Notes under the pieces: generated by a model
Told to the model about the DNA's origin: nothing
The model's input: the letters and a program-made list of their open reading frames with translations, nothing else
Databases searched by the model: none
Origin: a virus
Length of the DNA stretch: 64,000 bases
Reading direction: 5' to 3' (one strand)
Virus record (IMG/VR): IMGVR_UViG_3300031885_000008
Span: 3,382 to 67,381 of that record
Program-made: the position numbers and the translations under genes
Shown: positions 1 to 9,190 of the stretch, in pieces
How positions within the stretch are numbered: position 1 is the stretch's first letter
Layout of the letters: each line of letters starts with the position of its first letter

Positions 1-331
1 TCCGAGACCGAACATTCTTGGCAACCTCCCAAATTCCAACACAGTCAGGCCAACTCGAGAAACTCGCCTCGCTTACGCACACCCGTAGCATGTTCGTAGC
101 CAACGTGACCTGATTCTCCTCAGACTTTCCAACTTCACGCGGAACATTTGAAACGCTAGGGAGGTAAGAAAATTCGGAAAAGTCTCTTGAGCTAGGCTGG
201 AATTCTCGACTCGAGAGATCCATGGAAATACTTCGAGGGGTTACCCCGAATAATTCGCCTCGCCCTCCACCTACCATCAAAAGCCCAACCCCCCCGCAAA
301 ACATATACCCCAACCACGTTGCCCATCTCAT
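1..331 (-). CDS. Partial ORF (runs off window), N-terminal hydrophobic anchor, possible cell-wall-hydrolase-like protein
   Basis: Not in the ORF track. ATG at 331 with GGAG RBS; open to position 1: MRWATWLGYMFCGGVGLLMVG...LATNMLRVCVSEASFSSWPDCVGIWEVAKNVRSR. Confidence 0.6.
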   Translation of the reverse strand, partial: MRWATWLGYMFCGGVGLLMVGGGRGELFGVTPRSISMDLSSREFQPSSRDFSEFSYLPSVSNVPREVGKSEENQVTLATNMLRVCVSEASFSSWPDCVGIWEVAKNVRSR

Positions 332-351
332 TGCTGCTCCTGTCCCCCGCC

Positions 352-380
352 TTGCGAAGCTTTGATTCTAGTGGTACTTT
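352..380 (+). promoter_or_regulatory. Sigma70-like promoter for 407..820
   Basis: TTGCGA-17bp-TACTTT with extended -10 TG. Confidence 0.55.
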
Positions 381-406
381 CCGATTTTCTCAAGTTTCTC
401 TAAGGA

Positions 407-820
407 GTGGAAATGCCTAGTGAATTTCGGACAGCTCTTTGGATATGCTCAGACTGCGGACGTTCCGCATCCGAACGAGTTCATCCAAAAACCGATGGAG
501 ACCTAACGAAACTACCCCCGCCCGACGGATGGTCGCAAACTGGAGACGCTCCACCGTACGACCTCGTCTGCCCGAGTTGCGTCAAAAAACATGAGCTAGC
601 CGTCCAACGCACCACCGCTGCGAAAACAGACGCGTCGATTGCAACAATCACTTATCGAGGAATGCCCCGCGAAGAAGCCCTTGCCAACTGGCGCGAGCAG
701 CACATCTGCCTACAGTGCGCCAACAAGCCAGTTTGCAAATTCGCACATACCGATCTGCCAGACTCGTCAGTCTGCCAAACAATTACGCGGTGTAAAGCAT
801 TCAGAATGCTGACAGATTGA
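407..820 (+). CDS. Cys-rich (Zn-binding) hypothetical protein
   Basis: AAGGAG RBS; CSDC, CPSC, CLQC motifs. Confidence 0.7.
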   Translation: MEMPSEFRTALWICSDCGRSASERVHPKTDGDLTKLPPPDGWSQTGDAPPYDLVCPSCVKKHELAVQRTTAAKTDASIATITYRGMPREEALANWREQHICLQCANKPVCKFAHTDLPDSSVCQTITRCKAFRMLTD

Positions 821-837
821 CGAAAAGCGGAGTACAA

Positions 838-1284
838 TTACTTCGCGCTGCCAATGGTATCGGACGCCTTCCCCACCGATTCTGTTGGCGGCGCCTCCTT
901 AGGCGTATTGGATGCATACTTAGGAGAGTGAAACGCGAGCAATTCAGGAAGGCCTGCCCCTTTGCGTTTCGCTAACGTCTTGATCACATCGTATACCCAG
1001 GTGCTCATAAGCCCGGCCGTCGCATAGTAGAGAACCCGCGAGGCCACCGACCTTGAGTCGAATCCTCCAGCGGGTATGCCAGGAATGAGCCCGAAAAGGC
1101 ATCCAAGAAAAACAGGATGCAAGGGAAGCATCTTGCGCCCCCACCACAAGAAGGTGCTCAAAAACCCAGCATGCAGAGTTCTCCTCGGCGCCCACACCGT
1201 CGTCTTCAGAACCTGCATCAAAACTGCAGCGATGCACGAAAATGCAATGAACGACCAGTGCCCAGCAAAAAATTCCTCAGTCAT
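838..1284 (-). CDS. Putative holin / small membrane protein
   Basis: Start MTEEFF after GGAGG; about three hydrophobic segments, hydrophilic tail; directly downstream of putative endolysin. Confidence 0.6.
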   Translation of the reverse strand: MTEEFFAGHWSFIAFSCIAAVLMQVLKTTVWAPRRTLHAGFLSTFLWWGRKMLPLHPVFLGCLFGLIPGIPAGGFDSRSVASRVLYYATAGLMSTWVYDVIKTLAKRKGAGLPELLAFHSPKYASNTPKEAPPTESVGKASDTIGSAK

Positions 1285-1298
1285 AGACGGCCTCCAAG

Positions 1299-2099
1299 CT
1301 AGGGCGAGCGTCTCAGAACCCGACCCCACTTCGACAAAACCTCCCACTGCTCGCGCGTGACGAATCCAGACGACCATCCTATCAGGGCTGAGATCGAAGA
1401 TGCACTGCCCATAAAGTGAGAAAGATGCTCGTGCAGCTCCGGCCCCGTCTTCGAGACGGCTGTCTTTGTCTCATCGCTTCCAGGAGCGGCAACGAACTTG
1501 TAGTTGCCAAAGCTCGGAATAATGACGTCGAAGCCAAGCTTTTTCCAGTCGGCAAGCCCTTGCTTCACCTGGGCTTCCCCAACCACGTAGAGCTGGGGGC
1601 TTCCATAATCGACCTCGACCTCCGCGTTGGAAACCCCAGGCTTGGCGAAGGCCTCGAATGGAAACGTCTTATGACCTCGCGGCAAACCGTAGCTTGTCAT
1701 CCCGAGCACACGGTCCGAACCGAGATACGCGCGAGACTGAGCAAATAGACTGTTCGCCTCGCGTACCTGATTCTTGAGACCCAGCTCTGGGTCGAGCAGC
1801 CAACCGTCGACGGAACCGTTTGTGCATTCGATCATGTTGTGGAGGAACAGATCAATCCGATCGTGCCAACAGTAGCCCCAAACGTGTGCCGACACCCCAG
1901 CGGTTTTGAAGGCGTCAGCGTAATTCTGCACTTGGATCGGCTTGTTGACCCAGACCGAATTGTTTTCGTCGTGCCAGGGGCCTCCAATCGCTACCCACGA
2001 AATGCCTCGCTTGGCGTACTGGTCGGCTAGACGTGGCGGATCCAATTTCTTTGAATCGAGGTGGCGGAGGTAGAGACCGATACCGGTTGGGATGCTCAT
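1299..2099 (-). CDS. Putative endolysin (TIM-barrel glycoside hydrolase, GH25-like)
   Basis: GISWVAI...VWGY...WLLDPE (DxE)...GMTSY...SPQLY pattern; between tail fibre and holin. Confidence 0.55.
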   Translation of the reverse strand: MSIPTGIGLYLRHLDSKKLDPPRLADQYAKRGISWVAIGGPWHDENNSVWVNKPIQVQNYADAFKTAGVSAHVWGYCWHDRIDLFLHNMIECTNGSVDGWLLDPELGLKNQVREANSLFAQSRAYLGSDRVLGMTSYGLPRGHKTFPFEAFAKPGVSNAEVEVDYGSPQLYVVGEAQVKQGLADWKKLGFDVIIPSFGNYKFVAAPGSDETKTAVSKTGPELHEHLSHFMGSASSISALIGWSSGFVTREQWEVLSKWGRVLRRSP

Positions 2100-2107
2100 G
2101 ATATTTA

Positions 2108-3982
2108 TTAGGCTCGTGTCAAGGAGTACCACAAATCGTAATTATCACAGATGACGAAACGTCCATTGACGTACTTTATGCAGTTAGGATACGCAATAGT
2201 TGCGGCTCCAGAAACATCACCAATCTCTGCCTCAGACCACACTTTACCGCCACCCGTAGAAACTTGTGAATGATGCGAACCAGCCGCAATGTTTACCGAC
2301 CTGTACGAAGCCACTCCATACACACTAGACGCAAGATTCGCAATCGTCCAGGTCGTCCCATCTTGTGACCAATACGCTTTCGTTCCGCCAACAGCAATGA
2401 ATCGGTCTGCGGTGCCATCGTAACAAACACCAAAGAGTTCAGATGGTGGGGAAGATAGGCCTCCAGATACATCGGTCCACGTCGTACCGTTCGTCGAACG
2501 CATGACGAATGCGGAGCTGCTTTTCGATCCGACAGCTACGATTATTCCATTGTTATTACTTGCGACGGAATTCAACGTTGTGATACTAGAAGGAACTGTT
2601 GCTGCAGACCACGACGTCCCAGCCCCGGAATACCATGCTTTGCTTTTACCAACAGCAACTACGAGGTTGGCATTCGGGTCATACGCGAAAGCGCGTATCT
2701 CATCTCCAGTAGTTGTTGATGCAACAGTCTGTGAAGTCCACGACGAACACGTTCCGGTATTTGCCGTCTCAACAATTGCACCAGAAGCATTCTTTCCACC
2801 AACAATCGTCAAACCAAGAGATGTAACATAAATGACGCCAGTGATAGCAGTTGGCGTACTACCGAAGGATCCGCAGGCAGCCCAGGTATAACCCAAATTC
2901 GAGTAGATTGCGTGACACGTTGGTCCTGCAGCAAACACGCCAATAAGGATATAGTTTGCTCCGTTGTGTGTAATATCGTAAGGCGCGTAGCTAGATCCAC
3001 CATACACATCATCGAATGGTACAGCTTCTCGTGTCCAGTTCCCTCCAATAAGCATCGCAAAATCGCGATTCACCGCACCAAGATGGTTGAGTATGGATTC
3101 TAGTTGATCGCCGATAGATGCCGCTGAGATCGGAAATTCAGGGTAATTTATGGGGGATATTGCTGCCGATCCAACTCGATCGGATCCAGCGTTGGCCACT
3201 AAGTCGGTCACAATCTTGTCAAGCTGCGCTTCAACCGTCGCAGCCGGGTTGGTTGTTGAATCTTTCCACACCGGCCCCCCTGCATAATTGACCGCTGAGG
3301 CCACATGCTCACTAGATGTACCAGCTTTGTGTAGCGCGAGATCGGAGCCACTTCCAGAAATTGCATCGGCGAGAACTTGGACCGCCGCTTCGGTTGTCCC
3401 TACACCAACACTCGTTCCACTTGTCGTAGTAATCGCCCACTGACGACGTGTTGTCAGTACGTTAGCATTCAGAATCTGGGTCTGCCCGTAAATGAGCGTG
3501 ATGTCCGCCAAGAGGATCTCGTCGGAACGAAGGACGGGCGGTGTCCCTGGCGGCGTGCCCTCGGCGCCCTGGGCCACGTGAATCTCGTAACTCTCCGCCT
3601 TGTCGAAGTAGACGGTTGCCCCTGCGAGATCGAGACGTGGGTCTGAAACAACACGCTTGAACTTCGCGAAGACGCTGAGCTTCTTCCCGTTTCCGGGCGT
3701 CGTCACCGCGGTCGAGTTGGCGTTCTCGTCCACCGAACAGTTGACGTTTAGTAGGGACGTCCAACAGATACGCTGCCCGAGCTGGTCGTAGATCGTCGCG
3801 CCTACAATATCGACCGTCATGTTTGTAGTGCCGGCATGCTGGGATACGCCTCCACCTGAGGTGATCCCGATAATGCCGTTGTCGAGCGCCCAGTTCTGTT
3901 GTGCGGCTTCACATGCGTCGAACGCTTGGCCCAATTCTTGCTCTGATACCTTTTGCCCCGAGAACCAATCATAACTTTGCAT
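2108..3982 (-). CDS. Tail fibre / receptor-binding protein with C-terminal beta-propeller
   Basis: Start MQSYDWF; Asp-box-like repeats STNGTTW, SQDGTTW, SNLGYTW, STGGGKVW; follows baseplate genes. Confidence 0.75.
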   Translation of the reverse strand: MQSYDWFSGQKVSEQELGQAFDACEAAQQNWALDNGIIGITSGGGVSQHAGTTNMTVDIVGATIYDQLGQRICWTSLLNVNCSVDENANSTAVTTPGNGKKLSVFAKFKRVVSDPRLDLAGATVYFDKAESYEIHVAQGAEGTPPGTPPVLRSDEILLADITLIYGQTQILNANVLTTRRQWAITTTSGTSVGVGTTEAAVQVLADAISGSGSDLALHKAGTSSEHVASAVNYAGGPVWKDSTTNPAATVEAQLDKIVTDLVANAGSDRVGSAAISPINYPEFPISAASIGDQLESILNHLGAVNRDFAMLIGGNWTREAVPFDDVYGGSSYAPYDITHNGANYILIGVFAAGPTCHAIYSNLGYTWAACGSFGSTPTAITGVIYVTSLGLTIVGGKNASGAIVETANTGTCSSWTSQTVASTTTGDEIRAFAYDPNANLVVAVGKSKAWYSGAGTSWSAATVPSSITTLNSVASNNNGIIVAVGSKSSSAFVMRSTNGTTWTDVSGGLSSPPSELFGVCYDGTADRFIAVGGTKAYWSQDGTTWTIANLASSVYGVASYRSVNIAAGSHHSQVSTGGGKVWSEAEIGDVSGAATIAYPNCIKYVNGRFVICDNYDLWYSLTRA

Positions 3983-4031
3983 GACCGACTCCATCTTGCG
4001 CGCGGTGACGTTCCGTGTTAGGTAGCAAAAG

Positions 4032-4892
4032 GTGGAACGAACACCAACAGGAATTTGTGAACGTTGTGGCGCCTCGTTCCGAAAGCGGCACAAACGCTCG
4101 CGTTTTTGTTCGAGAAGCTGCTTCGCCCAATGGAAATTTGGACGGGATAGCTACAATCAAGTCATCGACGTTCCAGGAAGCGAGCGTCTGCGCACTTGTA
4201 ACGTCTGTGCCAAGCCATTCGTGGGACGCCCCGACGCTATACGGGTGGGACGAGCGAAGTTCTGCTCGAAAGAATGTAGAATCATTGGAAGGGATTTCAA
4301 CACATACCAGGAATCCCGAACGGCTACTGATTGGTACCTGAACAACGGATGGAAGGCCACGCGGCAAAAGTTTCTTCTGGGCTTTCCAGCATGCTCGTTG
4401 TGCGGAGCGACTAAGCAGCTCCTCGTCCATCACGTCATTGACCCGTGGCCCACTAGAGATCTTGATCTGCTCAAAGACCCGGCCAATCTCCGAATGTTGT
4501 GTCGCGCATGTCACGGCCGTGTGCATCGGGCTCCACGAAAGCGCGCCACGTGCTTGTCCTGCGGAATCCCCTTCGAGTATTCTAGGAATCGCTCTGCGAA
4601 GTACTGTTCGCATTCCTGCTACGTGCAGCACAAGACGGTAAAAACGGTGCCTCGCTCGTGCATACGCTGTGGAAAGGTATTTCGACCTACCTGCGAGTCT
4701 GGCCGTTTTTGTAGTTGTGCGTGCGCGGCCAAAGAAATCGGCGAGACGAAGCTTGCTCGCCGACCACAGATCACATGCACGGTCTGCGGGCAAACCTTTA
4801 CCATGTCGCCAAGCCACTACGCGCGTCCTCGAAAGTTCCCTGCATGCTGCTCTCAGGCGTGCGTCCATAAACTTCGGTATCCTCTACGTTGA
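4032..4892 (+). CDS. HNH endonuclease flanked by five CxxC...[FY]CSxxC zinc-finger repeats
   Basis: CSLC...VHHV...NLRMLCRACHGRVH core; antisense insertion in the tail operon. Confidence 0.85.
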   Translation: MERTPTGICERCGASFRKRHKRSRFCSRSCFAQWKFGRDSYNQVIDVPGSERLRTCNVCAKPFVGRPDAIRVGRAKFCSKECRIIGRDFNTYQESRTATDWYLNNGWKATRQKFLLGFPACSLCGATKQLLVHHVIDPWPTRDLDLLKDPANLRMLCRACHGRVHRAPRKRATCLSCGIPFEYSRNRSAKYCSHSCYVQHKTVKTVPRSCIRCGKVFRPTCESGRFCSCACAAKEIGETKLARRPQITCTVCGQTFTMSPSHYARPRKFPACCSQACVHKLRYPLR

Positions 4893-6644
4893 CGCATGCA
4901 GTTTCCAGTTACCGCTCCGGATGCCGCCACCCAGCCACGAGTACCCGAGCACCAAGTGGTCAAGCTTCGCCTCTGGCAACGCCGGCTCGACGATGCGTAG
5001 CAAGTGCGTGTGCCCAGGCTTCATCAACTCGGCGATGTCCGTGATACGCTTTCGTTCGATGTCCGTCAGTGCCCGTAGGCTGACGATCTCGAACGTGTAC
5101 AGCATTCGCTGTGCGCCATGACCCAACGTCGCTGCGCCCGTCGGCTCCTCGGCAACACTCGACAACGGGTTGCCTACTACCTGTGGGCTCAGAGCGTCAA
5201 ATGTGGATTCGTTCGAGAGCGTCCAGCCAAGGCCATTGAAAATATTGATCGTAACTTCCAGCCCCAGAAAAAACCGAATCACGTTGCGGAGCCCAATCGA
5301 CGTACCCTTCTCCCGGTACATGTCGACGAGCACCTTCAGAAGACGCCGCTTGTCCACCACCTCGAGTTCCGAAAACGAAAAGGGGTTCCCGAGGTCGAGC
5401 AGCATCCAGTCGAGCCACTTCTCATCGGCGAGGTCCACGTCCAGAATTCGTGTCCAATCGTCGATGAGCTTGAGCAGCAAATCGCACACGTCCTGAAGGC
5501 AGCCGATGAACCGCGCCAGCTCACCGGTCACATCCTCAGTACGGTTGATCTGCGGTATGAACTCGAGCAACTGCCATCGGCGGCCCACAGGCCAGGGCTG
5601 GCTCAGCGTAACGAATATGGCCTCATCGTTTGGGGTGACGATGATATTCCCGTAAACGTCAGCGACATTTGCGACCGTGAGCAGATATTGGCAACCCCAG
5701 CTCAACTCCGTGTCGACTTCCACGTCCACCGTTCGGGTATCAACCGGGGTGACCTCGTAGGCCACGACCTCGACGGACGGAATCGACGCTCTTGAAAAAA
5801 CGTAGTTTGCTGGGTTGAGCGCGTCGTCAGTGTTTGTTGGGCTGACCTGCTTCACAGCCTCGTTGAACACAACTCGCACGAACGTCTGAGAACGCACTTC
5901 GGCGGAAACGAGCTGGGGCGTGATGTTGTCAGCGGTCCGAAACGTGTACTCGTCATCGAGGACCGTGGAGACCACCACGCCAACGGTATACTCTGTGTCC
6001 GGGTCGAAAACGCCCGTAGGGGCAAACACCAGACGAAGCGTGGCTGCGTTCGGGGTAGTGTCTGTCCCAGCCCAGCCCGCTTGCCAGTCCGCCCCGTCGA
6101 ACACCAGGGCGTCATTGACGCGAACCTCGACGTCCCCAAGCGTCGGGGCCACACCACTTCCAGAATGAAGCTCCAGCTCGATGTCGGCATCGGTCGGAAC
6201 TCCATACTCGGAATTTTCAGGAATTCTGTTGATAAGCTGGGTGACCGGAACGAAATTAGCACCGCGATGCAAAGCGGTATCAAACCCAAGAACTCCGTTT
6301 CCCGTCCCACCTGTAACCTGAACCGATGAGCCGTATCCCCAGGTTGCCGACGTAATTCGGATCGCCCCAGCTTCCCCACTCGCGACCGCTCCAGTAATTC
6401 CAGTCGACGCCCCCAACACCGCCAAAACTTCAGCCAGCGTTGCGTCGGCTACATCGACGAAATCGATGGCATGGAACGTAATCGTTTGCGTTCCACCCCC
6501 ATCGATCTGAACGGTAAGCGTGTCTCCGTCGACGAGCGCGAACGGCTCCACCCCACCAGACAACACAGTGCCCTGGGTTGCATCTCCAAGGTCTTCTCGG
6601 ATGAGGTCAATCTGAACCGAAGGGAGTTGAACTCGGATCGCCAT
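4884..6644 (-). CDS. Baseplate wedge / tail protein I-like with N-terminal beta-sandwich domains
   Basis: C-terminal WLDWMLLDLG...MYREKGT...KPGHT as in P2 gpI-like proteins; lies between gpJ and fibre. Confidence 0.75.
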   Translation of the reverse strand: MAIRVQLPSVQIDLIREDLGDATQGTVLSGGVEPFALVDGDTLTVQIDGGGTQTITFHAIDFVDVADATLAEVLAVLGASTGITGAVASGEAGAIRITSATWGYGSSVQVTGGTGNGVLGFDTALHRGANFVPVTQLINRIPENSEYGVPTDADIELELHSGSGVAPTLGDVEVRVNDALVFDGADWQAGWAGTDTTPNAATLRLVFAPTGVFDPDTEYTVGVVVSTVLDDEYTFRTADNITPQLVSAEVRSQTFVRVVFNEAVKQVSPTNTDDALNPANYVFSRASIPSVEVVAYEVTPVDTRTVDVEVDTELSWGCQYLLTVANVADVYGNIIVTPNDEAIFVTLSQPWPVGRRWQLLEFIPQINRTEDVTGELARFIGCLQDVCDLLLKLIDDWTRILDVDLADEKWLDWMLLDLGNPFSFSELEVVDKRRLLKVLVDMYREKGTSIGLRNVIRFFLGLEVTINIFNGLGWTLSNESTFDALSPQVVGNPLSSVAEEPTGAATLGHGAQRMLYTFEIVSLRALTDIERKRITDIAELMKPGHTHLLRIVEPALPEAKLDHLVLGYSWLGGGIRSGNWKLHAST

Positions 6645-7120
6645 CAGCCCGCACACCCTCGAAGCTGCAGCTCGTCAAACCAATCCAGTACCTTGGACTT
6701 CATCCCAGGGATGAATTCGTCTCCGGACATCTGCTCAACGGATTCCTTCATGAACCACCCAGAGTCCCCACTCAACAAAGCCGAGCCCACCTGAGCCTCA
6801 TACAAACAAAGGAATCGAATCCCGGGTATAATCCCACTTTTCCACGGAATTTCATAAAACTCGTGCACCCCGTGGAATGACACGACCAGTCCTAGCTCAG
6901 CTCGAAAAATTCTGCGCACCCCGTCCTGAAAAGTCTCATGCGCACGCAGGCACCCGCCACAGCCATCCCTACAACCCTGAACAAACTCTTGATCACCTGG
7001 CAAGCGTTGGAGCAACACCGACCACATGCCCTGCAATCGGCGGAAGCATAACCCCGACACGTGTACTTCGAGCGGAAGCGGCGCCTTCTCTCGAAGTTCC
7101 CGTACGGACATTGGTATCAT
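6644..7120 (-). CDS. Nudix-fold protein with degenerate Nudix box
   Basis: VHVSGLCF...VLLQR...GGCLRAHETFQDGVRRIFRAELGL (G-x5-E-x7-R...ELG); ATGA coupling to upstream gene. Confidence 0.65.
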   Translation of the reverse strand: MIPMSVRELREKAPLPLEVHVSGLCFRRLQGMWSVLLQRLPGDQEFVQGCRDGCGGCLRAHETFQDGVRRIFRAELGLVVSFHGVHEFYEIPWKSGIIPGIRFLCLYEAQVGSALLSGDSGWFMKESVEQMSGDEFIPGMKSKVLDWFDELQLRGCAG

Positions 7121-7515
7121 GCAGCCTCCAATGTCAGCCGGACAGAAATGGTGTTCGTGGCGCCCCCTGTTGCCCCAATCGTTGGAATGCAAATGTCAGC
7201 GAGCACGAGCCCTCTCTGCTCGGCTCGGAGATACCTTGTGTAACACGTTGTTGAATTCAGCCGCGCAGACAACTTCCAGACGGCCCCCTCCAGCACCAAT
7301 GGAAGGGCCACCTTGATTCGCAATCGTACTAGGGTCGCCTGGGAATCAAACGCGATAGACGACTGGGCAACCTGAACGTAGTTTCCAATTTCAAGGTAGA
7401 CGTCTTCTCGAATTTGCGAACCAAGCTCGAAAACGTAGACGCCGTCTGGAGCCCCCGATACAGCGAGCCTCCCAAACTTGCGACCCAATTCATGCTGGAA
7501 CGCGCTCAGTGCCAT
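7117..7515 (-). CDS. Virion structural protein (hypothetical)
   Basis: Tightly packed ORF in baseplate operon. Confidence 0.65.
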   Translation of the reverse strand: MALSAFQHELGRKFGRLAVSGAPDGVYVFELGSQIREDVYLEIGNYVQVAQSSIAFDSQATLVRLRIKVALPLVLEGAVWKLSARLNSTTCYTRYLRAEQRGLVLADICIPTIGATGGATNTISVRLTLEAA

Positions 7516-7530
7516 CCGCTGACGTCCCTA

Positions 7531-8262
7531 TTAAAGCTGCCTGGCAATTTCGATCGAATCAAGATACGCCCGTCTTGTCACGTCTTCGACTCGAAATGCA
7601 AACCCAGCACGTCCCGAGGTAAACGGAACAGATCCAGTGTTGATCCCGAGGGCATCGTCGACGAAGCCTTCCACGCTCGGAATCCGTGGGCCTTCCATTC
7701 CTGCGATGGTTTCCCATACTGGAGCCGTCACGGCATTCACCGTCAGGTCGTTCGCAAAACACTGCAGAACGACGTCGCCCGAGCCCTGCACGATAAAATC
7801 TAACCTCAGTTGGAGCCAAGTATCTTCCTCGAAAGTCTCGGTGCTCCGCATGAGAATGTGGCTTGTCCCGTCTGGATCGGCCGCCAGGTCTGGCAACCCG
7901 GTCAGAATCGATCCCTTCCGAAGCACGATATGATGGGGCGACTCATCCCCAAGCCCAAGAAGATAGCCGGAATCGGATACAGCTCCCCCTTGAAGGCCGA
8001 TAAAAAAGAACGGAGCAAACCCAATCGCGCCCCCTCCAGGAGCACGCTTGATAGCTCCTCGAATGGATCCCCCCTTGGCCATCGGTGCAAAGCCAGACAG
8101 GCTACAGCATAGCGCGACCGCGCCATCCACGATGGCCAGTGAGTTGAACCCGTAAACAAAGCTTCCCCCACCATTTGGGGGGACCACCCCAGCGGTCACA
8201 CCTCGTGCGACGCTCCCCGACCCCAACCCGCCTGTAAGAAATGCCCAGTCTGCCTGCGCCAT
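7531..8262 (-). CDS. Virion structural protein, Gly/aromatic-rich beta-sandwich
   Basis: RBS, 243 aa, operon position. Confidence 0.7.
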   Translation of the reverse strand: MAQADWAFLTGGLGSGSVARGVTAGVVPPNGGGSFVYGFNSLAIVDGAVALCCSLSGFAPMAKGGSIRGAIKRAPGGGAIGFAPFFFIGLQGGAVSDSGYLLGLGDESPHHIVLRKGSILTGLPDLAADPDGTSHILMRSTETFEEDTWLQLRLDFIVQGSGDVVLQCFANDLTVNAVTAPVWETIAGMEGPRIPSVEGFVDDALGINTGSVPFTSGRAGFAFRVEDVTRRAYLDSIEIARQL

Positions 8263-8269
8263 GATTCCC

Positions 8270-9190
8270 TCAGCTATCCAGCTCGGTCACCCAAAACGAC
8301 CGATCATCATGTACCACAAAATGCTCGCCAGATCCGAAGTCTCCTATCGAAATTGGAGACCCAGAAATTGTCCATGACACCTGAAACGTATCGGTCGTCT
8401 TGTTTTGCACGAAATAACGCATATTTGCATACACGCCTTCCGGAAGTTGGCCGTCTTCGTTCCGAAAGGTTATCCGCCACAGATCTGACAATCCATGGGA
8501 AAGACATGTAAACGTGTCCGTCGCCGGGTCTGCCGCCACCTCCCCGAGGTCTGGCTTCAACACGTTGAAGCTCTCAATCGTATCGGTCACCATGAAGGCA
8601 ATGAAAAACACAGCGAATGTCAGCTCGCTGCCAGCGCCGCTCGCTGGAAACTCCCAGTTGTAGACGTTGTTCCATAGCTCCTCGAAATCCTCTACCGTTT
8701 CCGAGGTGCCCGCAGAGTCAAAAATCGCAGCCGTTAGATCGGAAGGCTCAAACGCCCCATGGAACAAAGTCCCAGCAGGCCAGCCCTCGTCAAAATCCTC
8801 GACCGGCTCCGATCCAGAGGCCTCCGTCACGTCGACGGCGAAAAACTCACCGACGATGTGATCAAAATAGAAGACCCCCTGCGCCCCCAAGCTCCACAGG
8901 GTCTCAAAATTCTCGTACCGGGAAGGAGCACCAGCCGTGGAATTGAACGCCACAGGATCCAAATCGCTGTAGTAGCCCACAAAACCGTGCACAAGCCCCG
9001 TGCTGTAGCCTGACGGCCACTCCCCCTCGAACTCCTCACACGCCCCTGTCAAAGTTCCAGCGCCAAGAATCGAGACCACAAACTCAGCGTAGTCGAGCGC
9101 GGTCGACGTCTCCGTGACGCTCCAGCCATTTGCGTTCCCAGGCTGAATTCCCGTCGCTTGATCCTCGAAGCTTCCGTTCAAGATTGCCAC
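8270..9190 (-). CDS. Acidic baseplate-associated protein with E-x-F-[ED]-x-x-W repeats
   Basis: 306 aa, abuts the gpJ stop codon. Confidence 0.7.
   Translation of the reverse strand: MAILNGSFEDQATGIQPGNANGWSVTETSTALDYAEFVVSILGAGTLTGACEEFEGEWPSGYSTGLVHGFVGYYSDLDPVAFNSTAGAPSRYENFETLWSLGAQGVFYFDHIVGEFFAVDVTEASGSEPVEDFDEGWPAGTLFHGAFEPSDLTAAIFDSAGTSETVEDFEELWNNVYNWEFPASGAGSELTFAVFFIAFMVTDTIESFNVLKPDLGEVAADPATDTFTCLSHGLSDLWRITFRNEDGQLPEGVYANMRYFVQNKTTDTFQVSWTISGSPISIGDFGSGEHFVVHDDRSFWVTELDS

Noticed and set aside
3969-4868. 299-aa minus-strand ORF
   Set aside because: Shadow of the HNH gene, which has clear motifs on the + strand
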